Positions 19,022-29,468 of a DNA stretch of 64,000 nucleotides are shown in pieces. The notes under the pieces were generated by a model. It did not search any database. It had not been told where the DNA came from and saw nothing but the letters and a program-made list of their open reading frames with translations. Positions within the stretch are counted from its first letter, which is position 1. Each line of letters starts with the position of its first letter. The DNA lies in IMG/VR virus record IMGVR_UViG_3300034101_006118, one strand, 5' to 3'. The position numbers and the translations under genes were made by a program. The DNA is from an uncultured virus (IMG/VR IMGVR_UViG_3300034101_006118) (Duplodnaviria; Heunggongvirae; Uroviricota; Caudoviricetes).

Positions 19022-19321
19022 ATGAAAAAGAAAAAAATTCAGTCTCTTATCATAGACCATTTAATGAAACATGGTCAGATTGAAATACTTTTACCAGATG
19101 GCGTTAAATTGGAAATTGGCACAACACAAGAAAATCAAAAAGGCGAACTTGTTAGAAAAGACGATTACTGCTGGGTTATCACATCAAGGGAAGGAAGATC
19201 GACAAGTTTGGATGCTTACAACATGGGTCTTAGGTTCAACGATGATGAAAAGGTTCTTGTTTTTGAAGACAAGTTCATTGACCAAGAAGGCGATCACATC
19301 AGAAGATTTGATGTTGTTTAA
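19022..19321 (+). CDS. hypothetical protein
   Basis: 99-aa ORF with GAGG SD. Confidence 0.6.
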   Translation: MKKKKIQSLIIDHLMKHGQIEILLPDGVKLEIGTTQENQKGELVRKDDYCWVITSREGRSTSLDAYNMGLRFNDDEKVLVFEDKFIDQEGDHIRRFDVV

Positions 19322-19647
19322 TTAATGTGACCATTAATGTTAATTAATTTAAGTTGACCATGATGATTCAATAAAACCTCCAATGTCCCCTCGGCATAAT
19401 TATTCTTGGGGGCTATTGGAGCATTGAACTCAATCCATATAAGAAATCCATTCGGAGAATAGTAAAACCTAGATATGGTTATTCTCACTCCTTTGTTTTT
19501 GATTTGTTCGCCAGATATAATTTCAAGGTGACTGGCATTTTCTTGTACTTGTTTAAGTGCATATGCCATCAACTTTGAACTGTCAATAAAGTGTGTCCAG
19601 TTGGCAATGAGGATTTTTTCCAATTTGTCAGCATCAAAAATGTCCAC
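19318..19647 (-). CDS. hypothetical protein
   Basis: 109-aa ORF, GGAG SD, GTG start. Confidence 0.55.
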   Translation of the reverse strand: MDIFDADKLEKILIANWTHFIDSSKLMAYALKQVQENASHLEIISGEQIKNKGVRITISRFYYSPNGFLIWIEFNAPIAPKNNYAEGTLEVLLNHHGQLKLININGHIN

Positions 19648-19671
19648 ACTATCGCTCCATAGAGGTATGTC

Positions 19672-19926
19672 ATGAAAAAGCCTGAAGTATATCTAAAAGA
19701 GTTCTGCCTTAAACTTTCCGATGACAATCTTCGTTTCCTTCACGGCAGATTAAGCCAAAGACTAGGAGGAGATCTTGCCGAAGCTGTTGATTTTCTAGGC
19801 GGTATTCGTGAGATCGATAAGTGGTTTGCAACAGCTTCGACTTGCAATGACTTCTACGATATGGTAGATCATATCTTCTTCGCAGTGAATAAAGAACATG
19901 AGAAGAGATCAGGGGTTGCTGCTTGA
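19672..19926 (+). CDS. hypothetical protein
   Basis: GAGG SD, 84 aa. Confidence 0.6.
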   Translation: MKKPEVYLKEFCLKLSDDNLRFLHGRLSQRLGGDLAEAVDFLGGIREIDKWFATASTCNDFYDMVDHIFFAVNKEHEKRSGVAA

Positions 19927-20144
19927 TTAAGTACGCATTGCATCTAATTCCAATGAGCCTTGCTGGCATTGCTGGCTTGGCTCTTGGTTTTTGCTGGGGA
20001 AGATTTCACGGCTATCGTGAAGGAGCCGCAGACACCATTATTATGTTCGACAGCTTTGACCGAGAAACAAATAAAAATGATGTTCGACGATTCAAAGAAA
20101 ACAAAAAAATCCTCGATATGTTCGCAGACCAAATTCCATATTGA
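19923..20144 (+). CDS. small membrane protein
   Basis: N-terminal hydrophobic helix, overlaps previous stop. Confidence 0.5.
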   Translation: MIKYALHLIPMSLAGIAGLALGFCWGRFHGYREGAADTIIMFDSFDRETNKNDVRRFKENKKILDMFADQIPY

Positions 20145-20190
20145 AAACCCTGATTAATTTGCTATAATCAAAAAAAATCAAGAGGTCTTC

Positions 20191-22206
20191 ATGCCACCAA
20201 TCATCAAAGTTTCTGATCAAGATGTTTGCGTAGCCACATTAGAATATCCATTCGCTAAATGGAAATTTGAAAAATTCAACCCTGTCCAAAGCAGGGTTAT
20301 GGAATTTTATAACCAAGATTGCAATGCCCTTGTCGCCGCAAGAACGAGTGCTGGTAAAACAGTAGTGGCAGAGCAGTTCCTCGCTCAAGAAATCCGTGAA
20401 AGAGGAGGAAAAGGAATGTTCCTTGCCCCTCTCAGAGCCTTAGCTCGTGAAAAGGTAACAGATTGGACAAACCCAGAATATCACTTCTCTGATCAAAAAA
20501 TAAGCATATGTACAGGCGACTTCAGACTCACCAAAGAAAGAGCAAAAGAACTTAATGAAGCTAATATTATCATCATGACAAGCGAAATGCTTAGTCATAG
20601 AAGCCGATGTCATACATCAGAACAAAGTAATTTTCTTAAAGAAGTAGGCACACTCATCATCGATGAAAGCCATTTGCTCACAGTTAAAGGTCGAGGAGAT
20701 CATCTTGAGGTTGGATTGATGAAATTCACACAAATCAATCCCAATTCCAGACTCGTTCTTCTCTCTGCAACAATGCCAAATGTTGAAGAAATATCAGAAT
20801 GGGTTAGCTATAGTCTAAATCAAAAGAACACTTATGTTCTGCGATCTGATTATAGACCAGTACCTTTAACAGTTCACTATGAATCTTATGATGATGATAT
20901 CAGGGGATATGATGCGTTAGAAAGAGAAAAAGTAAATAAAGCTTTGGACATCATTGATTGGTACAAAGATGATAAATTTCTTGTTTTTTCTCACACCAAG
21001 AGAACCGGCGAATTGATGAAGAAGGAATTAAAGTCAGCAGGAATTGATTGTCAATTTCATAATGCTGATCTAGAATCCTCTGAAAGAGCAAAGGTTGAAG
21101 ATAGATTCAAGAACGATCCTAAGTTCAGAGTAATTGTTGCAACAAGCACATTGGCTTGGGGCCTAAATATGCCCGCTCGTCGTGTCATCATTCTTGGAGT
21201 CCATCGTGGTGTCGATGAGGTTGAATCTCACGACATCCTTCAAATGATCGGTCGATCAGGAAGATATGGTATTGATCCAATGGGAGATGCCTATATTCTT
21301 GTTCCAGAAAGCAAAGTCAATAATTACAAATCAAAATATAGCAAATCAAATAGAATCGAGTCTCAACTTTTAGAAAATGTAGGCGGAAAGTACAAAACCC
21401 TTGCTTTCCACTTAGTAAGTGAAATTTCCTTTGGCGGAATTGAAACTACAGATGATGTCAACAAATGGTTCAAAAGGTCTCTTGCTTTTTTCCAAAACAA
21501 GGCATTGAGCGATAATGTCATTGATTCAACATTGGAATTATTGAAAAAATGTGGGGCAATTGTAGAGGAAGATGGCAAGTGGAAAGCCAAAACTATTGGT
21601 AAAGTGGCCAGTATGTTCTACATGAGTCCATTTGATGTGAGCCACTTGTATTTCAACTTTTCTAAATTATTTGATTTGAATAAGCAAGATGATGATCACG
21701 CTTTGTCTCTTGCTATTGGTAACATTGATAGCCAAATGTCAAATATTGTAAATAAATTAGAAAAGGAAGAAATGAGCCTTTACGCTAATAAGGCAAAAAT
21801 GCAAAATGGTTTTCTTTTGGACGGAGCAATCAAGGCTGGTTATGCATATTATTGTCTTTTGAGCGGAACCAATTCGCAGGCTTTAGCAAGTTTTCAAAGA
21901 GGCATTCAGCAAGATTTCAATAGATTGAGTCAGGTTTTGATTGCATTGGATAGTATGAGTGGTTCTTGGAATAAGGCTGGATGGTTCAAGACATTGGAAG
22001 GGAGAATTGCTTATGGTGTTCCTGTACATTTAATTGATCTTTGCAAAATTGAAAATATTGGCAAGGTTCGTGCGAACAAGTTGTATGATGCTGGAGTTAA
22101 AACTGCCAAGGATATCGCATCATGCGATCCTCAGAAGTTGTCTAAGATTATCAATATGAAAATCGATGCAGTCAACAAAATGATCAAACAGGCTCAAGGT
22201 TTGTAA
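20191..22206 (+). CDS. Ski2/Hel308-like SF2 helicase
   Basis: FNPVQ Q-motif, TSAGKT, DESH, SAT, TSTLAWGLN, QMIGRSGR, C-terminal HhH (IGKVRANKLY). Confidence 0.9.
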   Translation: MPPIIKVSDQDVCVATLEYPFAKWKFEKFNPVQSRVMEFYNQDCNALVAARTSAGKTVVAEQFLAQEIRERGGKGMFLAPLRALAREKVTDWTNPEYHFSDQKISICTGDFRLTKERAKELNEANIIIMTSEMLSHRSRCHTSEQSNFLKEVGTLIIDESHLLTVKGRGDHLEVGLMKFTQINPNSRLVLLSATMPNVEEISEWVSYSLNQKNTYVLRSDYRPVPLTVHYESYDDDIRGYDALEREKVNKALDIIDWYKDDKFLVFSHTKRTGELMKKELKSAGIDCQFHNADLESSERAKVEDRFKNDPKFRVIVATSTLAWGLNMPARRVIILGVHRGVDEVESHDILQMIGRSGRYGIDPMGDAYILVPESKVNNYKSKYSKSNRIESQLLENVGGKYKTLAFHLVSEISFGGIETTDDVNKWFKRSLAFFQNKALSDNVIDSTLELLKKCGAIVEEDGKWKAKTIGKVASMFYMSPFDVSHLYFNFSKLFDLNKQDDDHALSLAIGNIDSQMSNIVNKLEKEEMSLYANKAKMQNGFLLDGAIKAGYAYYCLLSGTNSQALASFQRGIQQDFNRLSQVLIALDSMSGSWNKAGWFKTLEGRIAYGVPVHLIDLCKIENIGKVRANKLYDAGVKTAKDIASCDPQKLSKIINMKIDAVNKMIKQAQGL

Positions 22207-23264
22207 TGCACTTTCTTTATTCTTGAAAGGACTTGCTTTTCTAGCATTCTTCTGCGAAAAGCTGGCGGTGTTGGATTGCCACCAGAGCATGCTTTTTTTG
22301 CTTGAAAAATATCACGCTGACCTGCTAAACCACCATAGCCATAAAAATATCCAAAATATCCACCTGAACAACCACCTTGAGAGCCCATATACATCCAAAT
22401 AGCGCAATCTACATCGAAACTACAGTCTGTCGTAAAAGGTAATGTTTGTGCTGGATAAGTATAATCGGCACCAATGCCAAAACTATATGCTGTAAAGCTT
22501 GGAATACTTGTTGGTAAAATGTTATAGTGAAATGCTAAAAAATCACCACCATTTACCGGAATTTCATTATGGCCATAGTAAAATTTTTGGTTGCAATTGG
22601 TTTCTGTTTTGAGTACAACAAAAACAAAAGCTTGTCTACCTGCTCCATCCAGTAAACAATTTTCATCAGGATCAGACGATCTACAATTCCAGCCGCAGTA
22701 AGGTATTGTGGGTTTTCCACACCCTTCTGGCCACGGACCAACACTTGGATCAGTTAAATAACTAGATAAAAATCCAACTTCAGTTAAAGATGCAGGCGGG
22801 GCAAAATACCCGTACCACCATAAATCTTTACGAGTCCATTCTCCCATTTTTATTTTTACGGTCCCAGAATTAGCTACTACTCCCCCCAAAGAGCAGCAGC
22901 ATTCCTCAAAATTAATTTCAACGCTATATATTGATGCTTGATAAAAGCGACAAAAGTAAAAGGGAACGCCGCTAATAAGTGGATTAAAAGGAAAATCATC
23001 ATTTTCAAGTGGAGGATTATAATTACTAGTTCCTCCAAGGGCAATTCTACTGAAACATTGATTATTAGCTGGGTTATACGATGGTTCCGTAGGCAAGGTG
23101 CAAGGAGTGCAGCAATTTGTAAATGTATTGTATAAATTGTAATAGTTGCTATAAATATAACTATTGCAAGTTGAATACGGGCAAAAACAACCACCTAGTC
23201 CTAAAGTTCCCGGCTGTAATCCTCCATTGGTAAATGGAGTTCTATAAGGGGGATTACAAGGCAT
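22194..23264 (-). CDS. Cys/Gly/Pro-rich hypothetical (possible virion) protein
   Basis: 356-aa ORF with many CC/CxxC pairs. Confidence 0.55.
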   Translation of the reverse strand: MPCNPPYRTPFTNGGLQPGTLGLGGCFCPYSTCNSYIYSNYYNLYNTFTNCCTPCTLPTEPSYNPANNQCFSRIALGGTSNYNPPLENDDFPFNPLISGVPFYFCRFYQASIYSVEINFEECCCSLGGVVANSGTVKIKMGEWTRKDLWWYGYFAPPASLTEVGFLSSYLTDPSVGPWPEGCGKPTIPYCGWNCRSSDPDENCLLDGAGRQAFVFVVLKTETNCNQKFYYGHNEIPVNGGDFLAFHYNILPTSIPSFTAYSFGIGADYTYPAQTLPFTTDCSFDVDCAIWMYMGSQGGCSGGYFGYFYGYGGLAGQRDIFQAKKACSGGNPTPPAFRRRMLEKQVLSRIKKVHYKP

Positions 23265-23534
23265 TTATTTCCTTTCTTGTCCGAAAAATTCGGTTGGGTA
23301 TTCGACTTTTACAATTCCATTTCCATCAACTTTATTTCCATTTTCATCTTCTACCCACCATCTAACTTGATTGACGGGTATATTTAGTTCATCGAGATGG
23401 CATTTGTCACGGGTGAGGACAGGCATGTGATATTCTTGTCCTTCAATTAAGACTGCAACTTTACATTCTTTTTTTTCATTGTTGTAAAGGAGGCAGTTTC
23501 CGCAAATTTTCTCTATTTCTTTTTTCTTGGCCAT
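23265..23534 (-). CDS. small Cys-containing hypothetical protein
   Basis: CxxC...C...C, GGAG SD. Confidence 0.6.
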   Translation of the reverse strand: MAKKKEIEKICGNCLLYNNEKKECKVAVLIEGQEYHMPVLTRDKCHLDELNIPVNQVRWWVEDENGNKVDGNGIVKVEYPTEFFGQERK

Positions 23535-23574
23535 CGTGTAAACTCCATTTATAATTTATTATAGGGAGAATGCT

Positions 23575-24222
23575 ATGAAAGTTATTGGATGTACATCGCA
23601 ACTTGCCATGGGAAAAGACACTTTTTGTGACTATCTGGCAATAAAACTCAATCAATATGACATAAAGTGGACTAGGGGAGCATTTGCCAATGCTGTCAAA
23701 GAAACATTTTGCAATGCTTTTGGGGTTGACCGTGATTTTATAGAAAAATGGAAAAGAATTCCAGAAAATCCTCCCGGTTTCCTTATGCCAATTCGTCAAT
23801 GTCTTCAATTTATTGGAGATGGATATCGCAAGATTCGTGATGAAATTTGGATTGAAATTGCTTTAAGGGATAATGGTCAAAACCTCATCATTAGTGATGG
23901 AAGATATTTCAATGAAGCCAAGAGAATAAAGGAAAAAGATGGAATTATGTTTTTGATTTATAGGCCGGGTTATTTGAATAATGATCCTAATCCTAGTGAA
24001 TCGCAGATAAGACCTTTGTTGGATTGGGCGAAAAATAATTTGAATGAAGGTCCAATTGACCATCAACAAATCCTAATGCATCATCATGTTTCGACACCTT
24101 CAGAATTGATGTATTTTGATTATTATTTAGTCAATGATGGTTCTATAGAGGATTTTTATGAAAAGATTCAAGAGAAAGTAGTTCCATATATTTTGCAGAC
24201 TAAAATGTATCAAAAAAAATGA
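23575..24222 (+). CDS. deoxynucleoside monophosphate kinase
   Basis: GKDT, FANAVK, RQCLQFIG, ISDGRYFNE, SE, NDGS. Confidence 0.85.
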   Translation: MKVIGCTSQLAMGKDTFCDYLAIKLNQYDIKWTRGAFANAVKETFCNAFGVDRDFIEKWKRIPENPPGFLMPIRQCLQFIGDGYRKIRDEIWIEIALRDNGQNLIISDGRYFNEAKRIKEKDGIMFLIYRPGYLNNDPNPSESQIRPLLDWAKNNLNEGPIDHQQILMHHHVSTPSELMYFDYYLVNDGSIEDFYEKIQEKVVPYILQTKMYQKK

Positions 24223-24692
24223 TTGTATTTGAAGAAAAAGATGATCGTTTTTACATTTCGGCATCAAAAATAGTTGGTGCTGGAAGGGGTGTATTTGCTG
24301 CCAGAGATATTTTGGCAGGAGAATATATGCCTATTACTGGAGTTTTGGTTGAGAGAGGTTCTGAGTCTGACAGAACAACATGTTTTTTGGATCGTTACAA
24401 GTTTGCTTCTGAAATAAAGGTTGAAAACAACAAGATTGAATTGGGTAATTATTTAATTTGTCCATTGGGATATGGAGCTTTGGTGAATCACACTAACAGC
24501 AGAAGGAAGCAAAATGTTGAGATAAGGTATGTTGATGAGAGTTTGTGTGGAAGCAAGGCTGTTTATTGGTTTATAAGGGATGTTTTCAGGTTTGAGGAGA
24601 TATTGGGCAATTATGGTCCTTGTGGACATAGCCTTGAGAATACCAAAAACAATCCAGTTAAGTTGTTTAGGCCATTTTTGAAAAAAAAATAG
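24219..24692 (+). CDS. SET-domain protein-lysine methyltransferase
   Basis: GAGRGVFAARDI, LVNH, RDV..EEILGNYG. Confidence 0.8.
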   Translation: MIVFEEKDDRFYISASKIVGAGRGVFAARDILAGEYMPITGVLVERGSESDRTTCFLDRYKFASEIKVENNKIELGNYLICPLGYGALVNHTNSRRKQNVEIRYVDESLCGSKAVYWFIRDVFRFEEILGNYGPCGHSLENTKNNPVKLFRPFLKKK

Positions 24693-24841
24693 TTAGAATT
24701 TATATCTTGAGAATTTTTGTACTGTTTCGTAACCATGTTGGCCTTGGATAATTGCTCCTAGTTGTGGATGAGCGCCTTGTAGCCATCTGATGCCAAATTC
24801 TCTTTCTTGGCATTGGTGAACGATATGTTCGTCTAGGATTT

Positions 24842-25513
24842 TTATTGAACTATATTTTTCAATCTTTGTTTGAGCTTTCCCATCCCGACTTCCGTCAATA
24901 CCATAAATCCTAATCCTCTCTGCTGGCAATACTGGTTGCATGCTGTCCATTTCGCATTATTCCTTGGCAATGTTGTTTGGTTTGCCGGTTTGATTTCCCA
25001 AATTTCGATTCTTCCGTCATCGAATGCAACCTTTAGATCAGGGTTGTATTCATGAATGTTTCCTTCAAATGTATATTGGACCTTAAGTGGTTCTACTTCG
25101 TATCCAATAACTTCTGGCATTGCTTCCAAGCATTCGTAGACATCGCATTCCATTCCTGATCGATAGTGCATTTCCTTGCCTCCGTTTTTGTTGGATATCA
25201 TGTATCCTTCACGGAACTTGGGCTTGCGTTTTTTCAGACCTCCGCCCTTGGCTGACTGGTCTTTCCATATAATAGCCTTCATCTGTCCGATTTTCGGCGT
25301 AATTTTTTCATGCGGATGCTTTGTTTTGTAGTGTGTTCGTACACAACGAACGGGAGCGCCACAACGAGCAAGAGGACATAGAACATAATCTCTGCCTTCT
25401 TCGTGAGATTCGATAATATGATTTTTATAGTTTTCAAAATCATCATGCCCCACCCCGCACACAAAGCATGTGTAGATTCTTTTCCCGTTATCTTTTGGAA
25501 ATGGAAGTGTCAT
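24842..25513 (-). CDS. TnsA-like / T4 gp4-like head-completion nuclease with N-terminal zinc fingers
   Basis: YRSGME, YNPD, EIKP, NNAKW; two C2H2-like motifs upstream. Confidence 0.7.
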   Translation of the reverse strand: MTLPFPKDNGKRIYTCFVCGVGHDDFENYKNHIIESHEEGRDYVLCPLARCGAPVRCVRTHYKTKHPHEKITPKIGQMKAIIWKDQSAKGGGLKKRKPKFREGYMISNKNGGKEMHYRSGMECDVYECLEAMPEVIGYEVEPLKVQYTFEGNIHEYNPDLKVAFDDGRIEIWEIKPANQTTLPRNNAKWTACNQYCQQRGLGFMVLTEVGMGKLKQRLKNIVQ

Positions 25514-25911
25514 TTTTTCTTTGATTTCTTTTTGGCAAATTTCATGATGTTATCGATTGCATCTTCCCTGCTGCAAACATTGATTTTTGGTAAATCTCTG
25601 ATGCTGAATACTGATTCTGTTGAGTTTTCAGGATCATCATTGATTATTTTGGCTAAATTAATTGCTGGGAATCTTGCTTCTTGTCTGAATCCGGGCATCA
25701 TTGGATCATCTTCTGTGTCTGTTTTGAGTTTTGCAAAGATGACTCTGCTATCTTCGGGCGCACCAAAGTAGTCATCTCCTTTTTTGAAGAATAGAATTAG
25801 TTCATGTTTATCAAAGATATTGTTGATTGAGTCAATATTTTCCTTGATTTTAAGTTGGTTATCCCAACGATCAAGCAAATCACGAAAAGATGAAAAACAG
25901 GGAGATTGCAT
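25510..25911 (-). CDS. hypothetical protein
   Basis: 133-aa ORF, GGAG SD. Confidence 0.6.
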   Translation of the reverse strand: MQSPCFSSFRDLLDRWDNQLKIKENIDSINNIFDKHELILFFKKGDDYFGAPEDSRVIFAKLKTDTEDDPMMPGFRQEARFPAINLAKIINDDPENSTESVFSIRDLPKINVCSREDAIDNIMKFAKKKSKKK

Positions 25912-25952
25912 TTTTTATTCTCCATATATCATTACAAAACATATATAGGTTT

Positions 25953-26381
25953 ATGGAACACAGTTTAAGTGGATTTAGAAAATTCTTGGAGGAAACAGAT
26001 TCTCCAGAGAAAGGCAAGAAGCAAGACTATTGGGATAGTCTTGAGGACGAAGAGGGTATTTCTTTTCCAATGTTGAAGAAATCTTTTACTGTTGAGCCAT
26101 GGGTTTCTTCTCATTTTGCTCTTGGCCCACAGGGGAAAGAAACATGGCATAAGTTACAGCCTTGGAAAATTGTTAAGGGATCAATGAGTCCTGCTGGCGC
26201 TGACATCAGGATGGTTAACACAGGTACTGAAAAAACATATCTTCAAGGAAATAGGCCTGATAAAGGTCCAAAAATTAGAAAAAGATATTTTATGAAAAGG
26301 CCAGACTTGCAGAATTTTCAGACAGGTGGATGGCAACCTGCAATTCAAGGTGGAGGCGGTGGCGGTGGCCCACCTATGTGA
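25953..26381 (+). CDS. hypothetical protein (capsid-targeting-like N-terminus)
   Basis: MEHSLSGFRKFLEE; ATG 25953 avoids overlap. Confidence 0.6.
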   Translation: MEHSLSGFRKFLEETDSPEKGKKQDYWDSLEDEEGISFPMLKKSFTVEPWVSSHFALGPQGKETWHKLQPWKIVKGSMSPAGADIRMVNTGTEKTYLQGNRPDKGPKIRKRYFMKRPDLQNFQTGGWQPAIQGGGGGGGPPM

Positions 26382-26557
26382 TGATGAAAAATTTATCTTT
26401 CAGAGAATGGCTTAAACTTACAGAAGTTGGAACAAGTACAGCTAGTGTGGCAACATTTGCGATGCCTTTATTTGGAGGTCCATTCGCAAGACAATATCCA
26501 GAAATAATTGGCGGCAGAGAAGTTAAGCGCAAAAAGAAAAGCAAAAAACACTTATGA
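26381..26557 (+). CDS. small basic protein (capsid-targeting-like N-terminus)
   Basis: MMKNLSFREWLKLTE ... KRKKKSKK. Confidence 0.55.
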   Translation: MMKNLSFREWLKLTEVGTSTASVATFAMPLFGGPFARQYPEIIGGREVKRKKKSKKHL

Positions 26558-26647
26558 CTTTTGGTGACAAAACAATTAATTAAGAAGCCTTTTAAGCATA
26601 CATACTATGGCTGGATGGAATTCAGCTAGTTCCTATCAAGGAGGTAT

Positions 26648-26986
26648 ATGGAATGGTGGTTTTTGCTTTTAGCAGGCATGGTTTATTTTTCTTATGCATA
26701 TATTGCTTTTAGTGAACATTTCAATAAAAATAGTTACACTTATTTTTCACTTTGCATGTTAATAGGTGTTTTCTATAATCTTCTTTGGTATTGGTCAACA
26801 AGAATAACAAAAGATAAGGAAGACTTTTTTGTTTTGGTACTAATGTGGGATGTTGTCTATATGGCAGTATTCTACTTTGTACCTGTTTTTTTATTTGATG
26901 TTAAGGTGGATAAGTGGGGAATCATAGGAATGATTACTATGGTTATTGGCATTCTTATCATGAAAATTGGTCATCATTCTGGTTGA
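26648..26986 (+). CDS. 4-TM small membrane protein (DMT/SMR-like)
   Basis: Four hydrophobic segments, GGAGG SD. Confidence 0.6.
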   Translation: MEWWFLLLAGMVYFSYAYIAFSEHFNKNSYTYFSLCMLIGVFYNLLWYWSTRITKDKEDFFVLVLMWDVVYMAVFYFVPVFLFDVKVDKWGIIGMITMVIGILIMKIGHHSG

Positions 26987-27067
26987 TTTTTTGCATTGAA
27001 TTTTGATTGTTTGGTGTGTTATAATCACTTGGATTGTGGAACAAAATAATCGCAAGGTGATGAGATC

Positions 27068-27997
27068 ATGCCCGATATTATGGATTCTATAAGCCAGAAA
27101 TCAATTAATTGCCTTGACAAAGGGCATGTCACCTTAGTGGATGTCATGCCTAGAGTCGTTCCTGAAGGAAAGACGGCAGATTATGCCATTGTTCAGGCTG
27201 CTAGAGTGAGTTATGGAGATGGCACTAAAACTGTCAACGAAGATCGTGGTCTGATTCGTTACCTTCTCAGGCATTCTCACACGACTCCTTTAGAGATGAT
27301 TGAATTTAAGTTTCATGTAAAGATGCCTATTTTCGTTTGTCGTCAATGGGCAAGGCATCGCATGAGTTCAACGAATGAAATTTCAGCTAGGTATTCAATT
27401 CTGAAGGATGATTTTTATTTTCCTGCAAGTGGCGATTTGAGAAAACAATCTTCAATAAACAAGCAGGGAGGAGATGGCAGCATTGATGAATCAAGTGCTT
27501 CTTCTTCCTATTGTATTAAAAAGATAGTTGATGATGCAAACAATAATTATAATTTTTACGAATATATGATTAAATCTGGGGTTGCGAGAGAGCAAGCCAG
27601 AATGGTTTTGCCTCTTAATATTTACACAGAGTTTTATTGGAAGATTGATCTTCACAACTTGTTTCATTTTTTGGCATTGAGAGCAGACAGTCATGCTCAA
27701 AAAGAGATTAGGGTTTACGCTGATGCTATTCTTGTTTTATTGAGGCAGATTGTGCCTATTGCCGTTGAGGCTTGGGAAGATTACCACCACATGCGTGGTG
27801 CAATTAAGCTAACTAGATTAGAAGTCGAGTCTTTGAGAGATTATATTCAGCAATTCCAATCTTTTGCTAAAGCTGAATTCAAGCAGGTCAATAGTGAAAA
27901 CAAGCGTGAGCAAGCTGAATGGCTTGATAAGGCTTCTATTTTAGGCATTAATTTACCTTTACCGACACAGCAGGGGCCTGAGGGTCAATCATCTTGA
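27068..27997 (+). CDS. thyX: flavin-dependent thymidylate synthase
   Basis: AARVSY, HTTPLE, RQWARHR..NEISARY, REQARMVLP, HAQKEIR. Confidence 0.95.
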   Translation: MPDIMDSISQKSINCLDKGHVTLVDVMPRVVPEGKTADYAIVQAARVSYGDGTKTVNEDRGLIRYLLRHSHTTPLEMIEFKFHVKMPIFVCRQWARHRMSSTNEISARYSILKDDFYFPASGDLRKQSSINKQGGDGSIDESSASSSYCIKKIVDDANNNYNFYEYMIKSGVAREQARMVLPLNIYTEFYWKIDLHNLFHFLALRADSHAQKEIRVYADAILVLLRQIVPIAVEAWEDYHHMRGAIKLTRLEVESLRDYIQQFQSFAKAEFKQVNSENKREQAEWLDKASILGINLPLPTQQGPEGQSS

Positions 27998-28073
27998 ATC
28001 CTAAGCCGTTTATAATTTGAAAAGACAAAAGAATGAAAGTAATCATGTTTCCTCCTAAAGGTCACTATATCTC

Positions 28074-29468
28074 ATGGAAAATATTTTGCAATTCTTAGAA
28101 AGAGACAAAAATGGCCCAAGATTGAAAATTGCAGTCTTGGGTGATTCTATGATTGATGAATATTTTGATGTGCAAGTTAAGAGGATATCGCCGGAATATC
28201 CGATACCAATACTTCAATCAGAGTGCAATGATCCACAAGTTGTTCCCGGTGGAGCAGCTAATGTTGCATGTCAGTTTGGCAATTTTAACGCAGATGTCAG
28301 CCTTGTTTCCTTGATTGATCAGGAAGCGGTTAAGATTTTTGCAAAATCAGGAATAGAAATCAACTCTGCTTCTCAGATCGTACAAAATAAAATTCCACGC
28401 AAGAAAAGGTTTTTCTCAGACAATTTTCAGGTATCCAGAATTGATTTTGAAAAACAGAATTATGGGTTGACTGATGATAATCTTCAAAATGCCGTAAAGA
28501 ATTTGTTATCTTATTTCGGGCAGCAGCACTATCAGGCTGTTATTTTTTCTGATTACGGTAAGGGTATTTTTAATTATTTTGACAATTCAATCTTGAAGAA
28601 ATTTCCAATCACAATTGTTGATCCTAAGAATGGCGATATTGCAAAGTGGCGTGGATGTACGGTATTCAAGCCAAATCGTGAAGAGGCTCTGCGTTTGAGT
28701 GGCAAAAAGACAGTTTTTGATGCTGGAATTTACTTGTCTGAATTTCTTGGTTCATCTGTTGTTATAACAGAAGCTTCTAAAGGTGTAAGCGTATTTGAGA
28801 ATGGTGTTTTTCGTGAAATAAGACCAGATATAAGTCCAGCAGTTGCTGAGTCGGTCATAGGAGCGGGAGACTGTTTTGTTGCATTCTTGACTATGTTCCT
28901 TCTAAGAGGTTTTAGTCTTATTGATTCCTCAGAAATGGCATTTAAGGCTGGAACATTGTATGTTTTGAACAAAAAGAACAAACCTATAACTAAGCATGAT
29001 CTTTTATTTTCAATTGATCATGTTGGTTCAAAAATAATTTCTTTTGATGATTGTGGCTTTTTGTGTGACAGAAAGTTCAAACTTGTTTTCACGAATGGAT
29101 GTTTTGACATTTTGCACAGGGGCCATATTGAATCATTTAAGTTTGCCAAAAGTCAGGGAGATAAACTTGTTGTTGGTGTTAATTCAGATGCAAGTGTTGG
29201 CAAGTTAAAGGATGGAAGGCCCATCAATTCGATTAATGATCGAATTTCGCTCTTAGCTTCTTGTGAGTATGTCGATTATGTCATTGTTTTTGATGATGAT
29301 ACACCTTTGGAACTTATCAAGAAAATAAGTCCCGATGTTTTGGTTAAGGGAGAGGATTACAGGGAAGAAGATATTATCGGACATGGAATAGTGCCGGAAA
29401 TTAAAAGATGCCCTCTAGTTGAGGGCATCAGCACAACAAAAATCATCGAGAAAATCAAGAAAATTTAG
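28074..29468 (+). CDS. hldE: bifunctional heptose-7-phosphate kinase / heptose-1-phosphate adenylyltransferase
   Basis: RISPE, GGAANV, SDYGKG, GAGD; FTNGCFDILHRGH, KGEDY, STT. Confidence 0.92.
   Translation: MENILQFLERDKNGPRLKIAVLGDSMIDEYFDVQVKRISPEYPIPILQSECNDPQVVPGGAANVACQFGNFNADVSLVSLIDQEAVKIFAKSGIEINSASQIVQNKIPRKKRFFSDNFQVSRIDFEKQNYGLTDDNLQNAVKNLLSYFGQQHYQAVIFSDYGKGIFNYFDNSILKKFPITIVDPKNGDIAKWRGCTVFKPNREEALRLSGKKTVFDAGIYLSEFLGSSVVITEASKGVSVFENGVFREIRPDISPAVAESVIGAGDCFVAFLTMFLLRGFSLIDSSEMAFKAGTLYVLNKKNKPITKHDLLFSIDHVGSKIISFDDCGFLCDRKFKLVFTNGCFDILHRGHIESFKFAKSQGDKLVVGVNSDASVGKLKDGRPINSINDRISLLASCEYVDYVIVFDDDTPLELIKKISPDVLVKGEDYREEDIIGHGIVPEIKRCPLVEGISTTKIIEKIKKI

Noticed and set aside
24842..25513. 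Tn7-like transposon / CAST from the TnsA-like gene
   Set aside because: No TnsB/C/TniQ; motifs fit T4 gp4-like head-completion nucleases; Cas12i RuvC is intact
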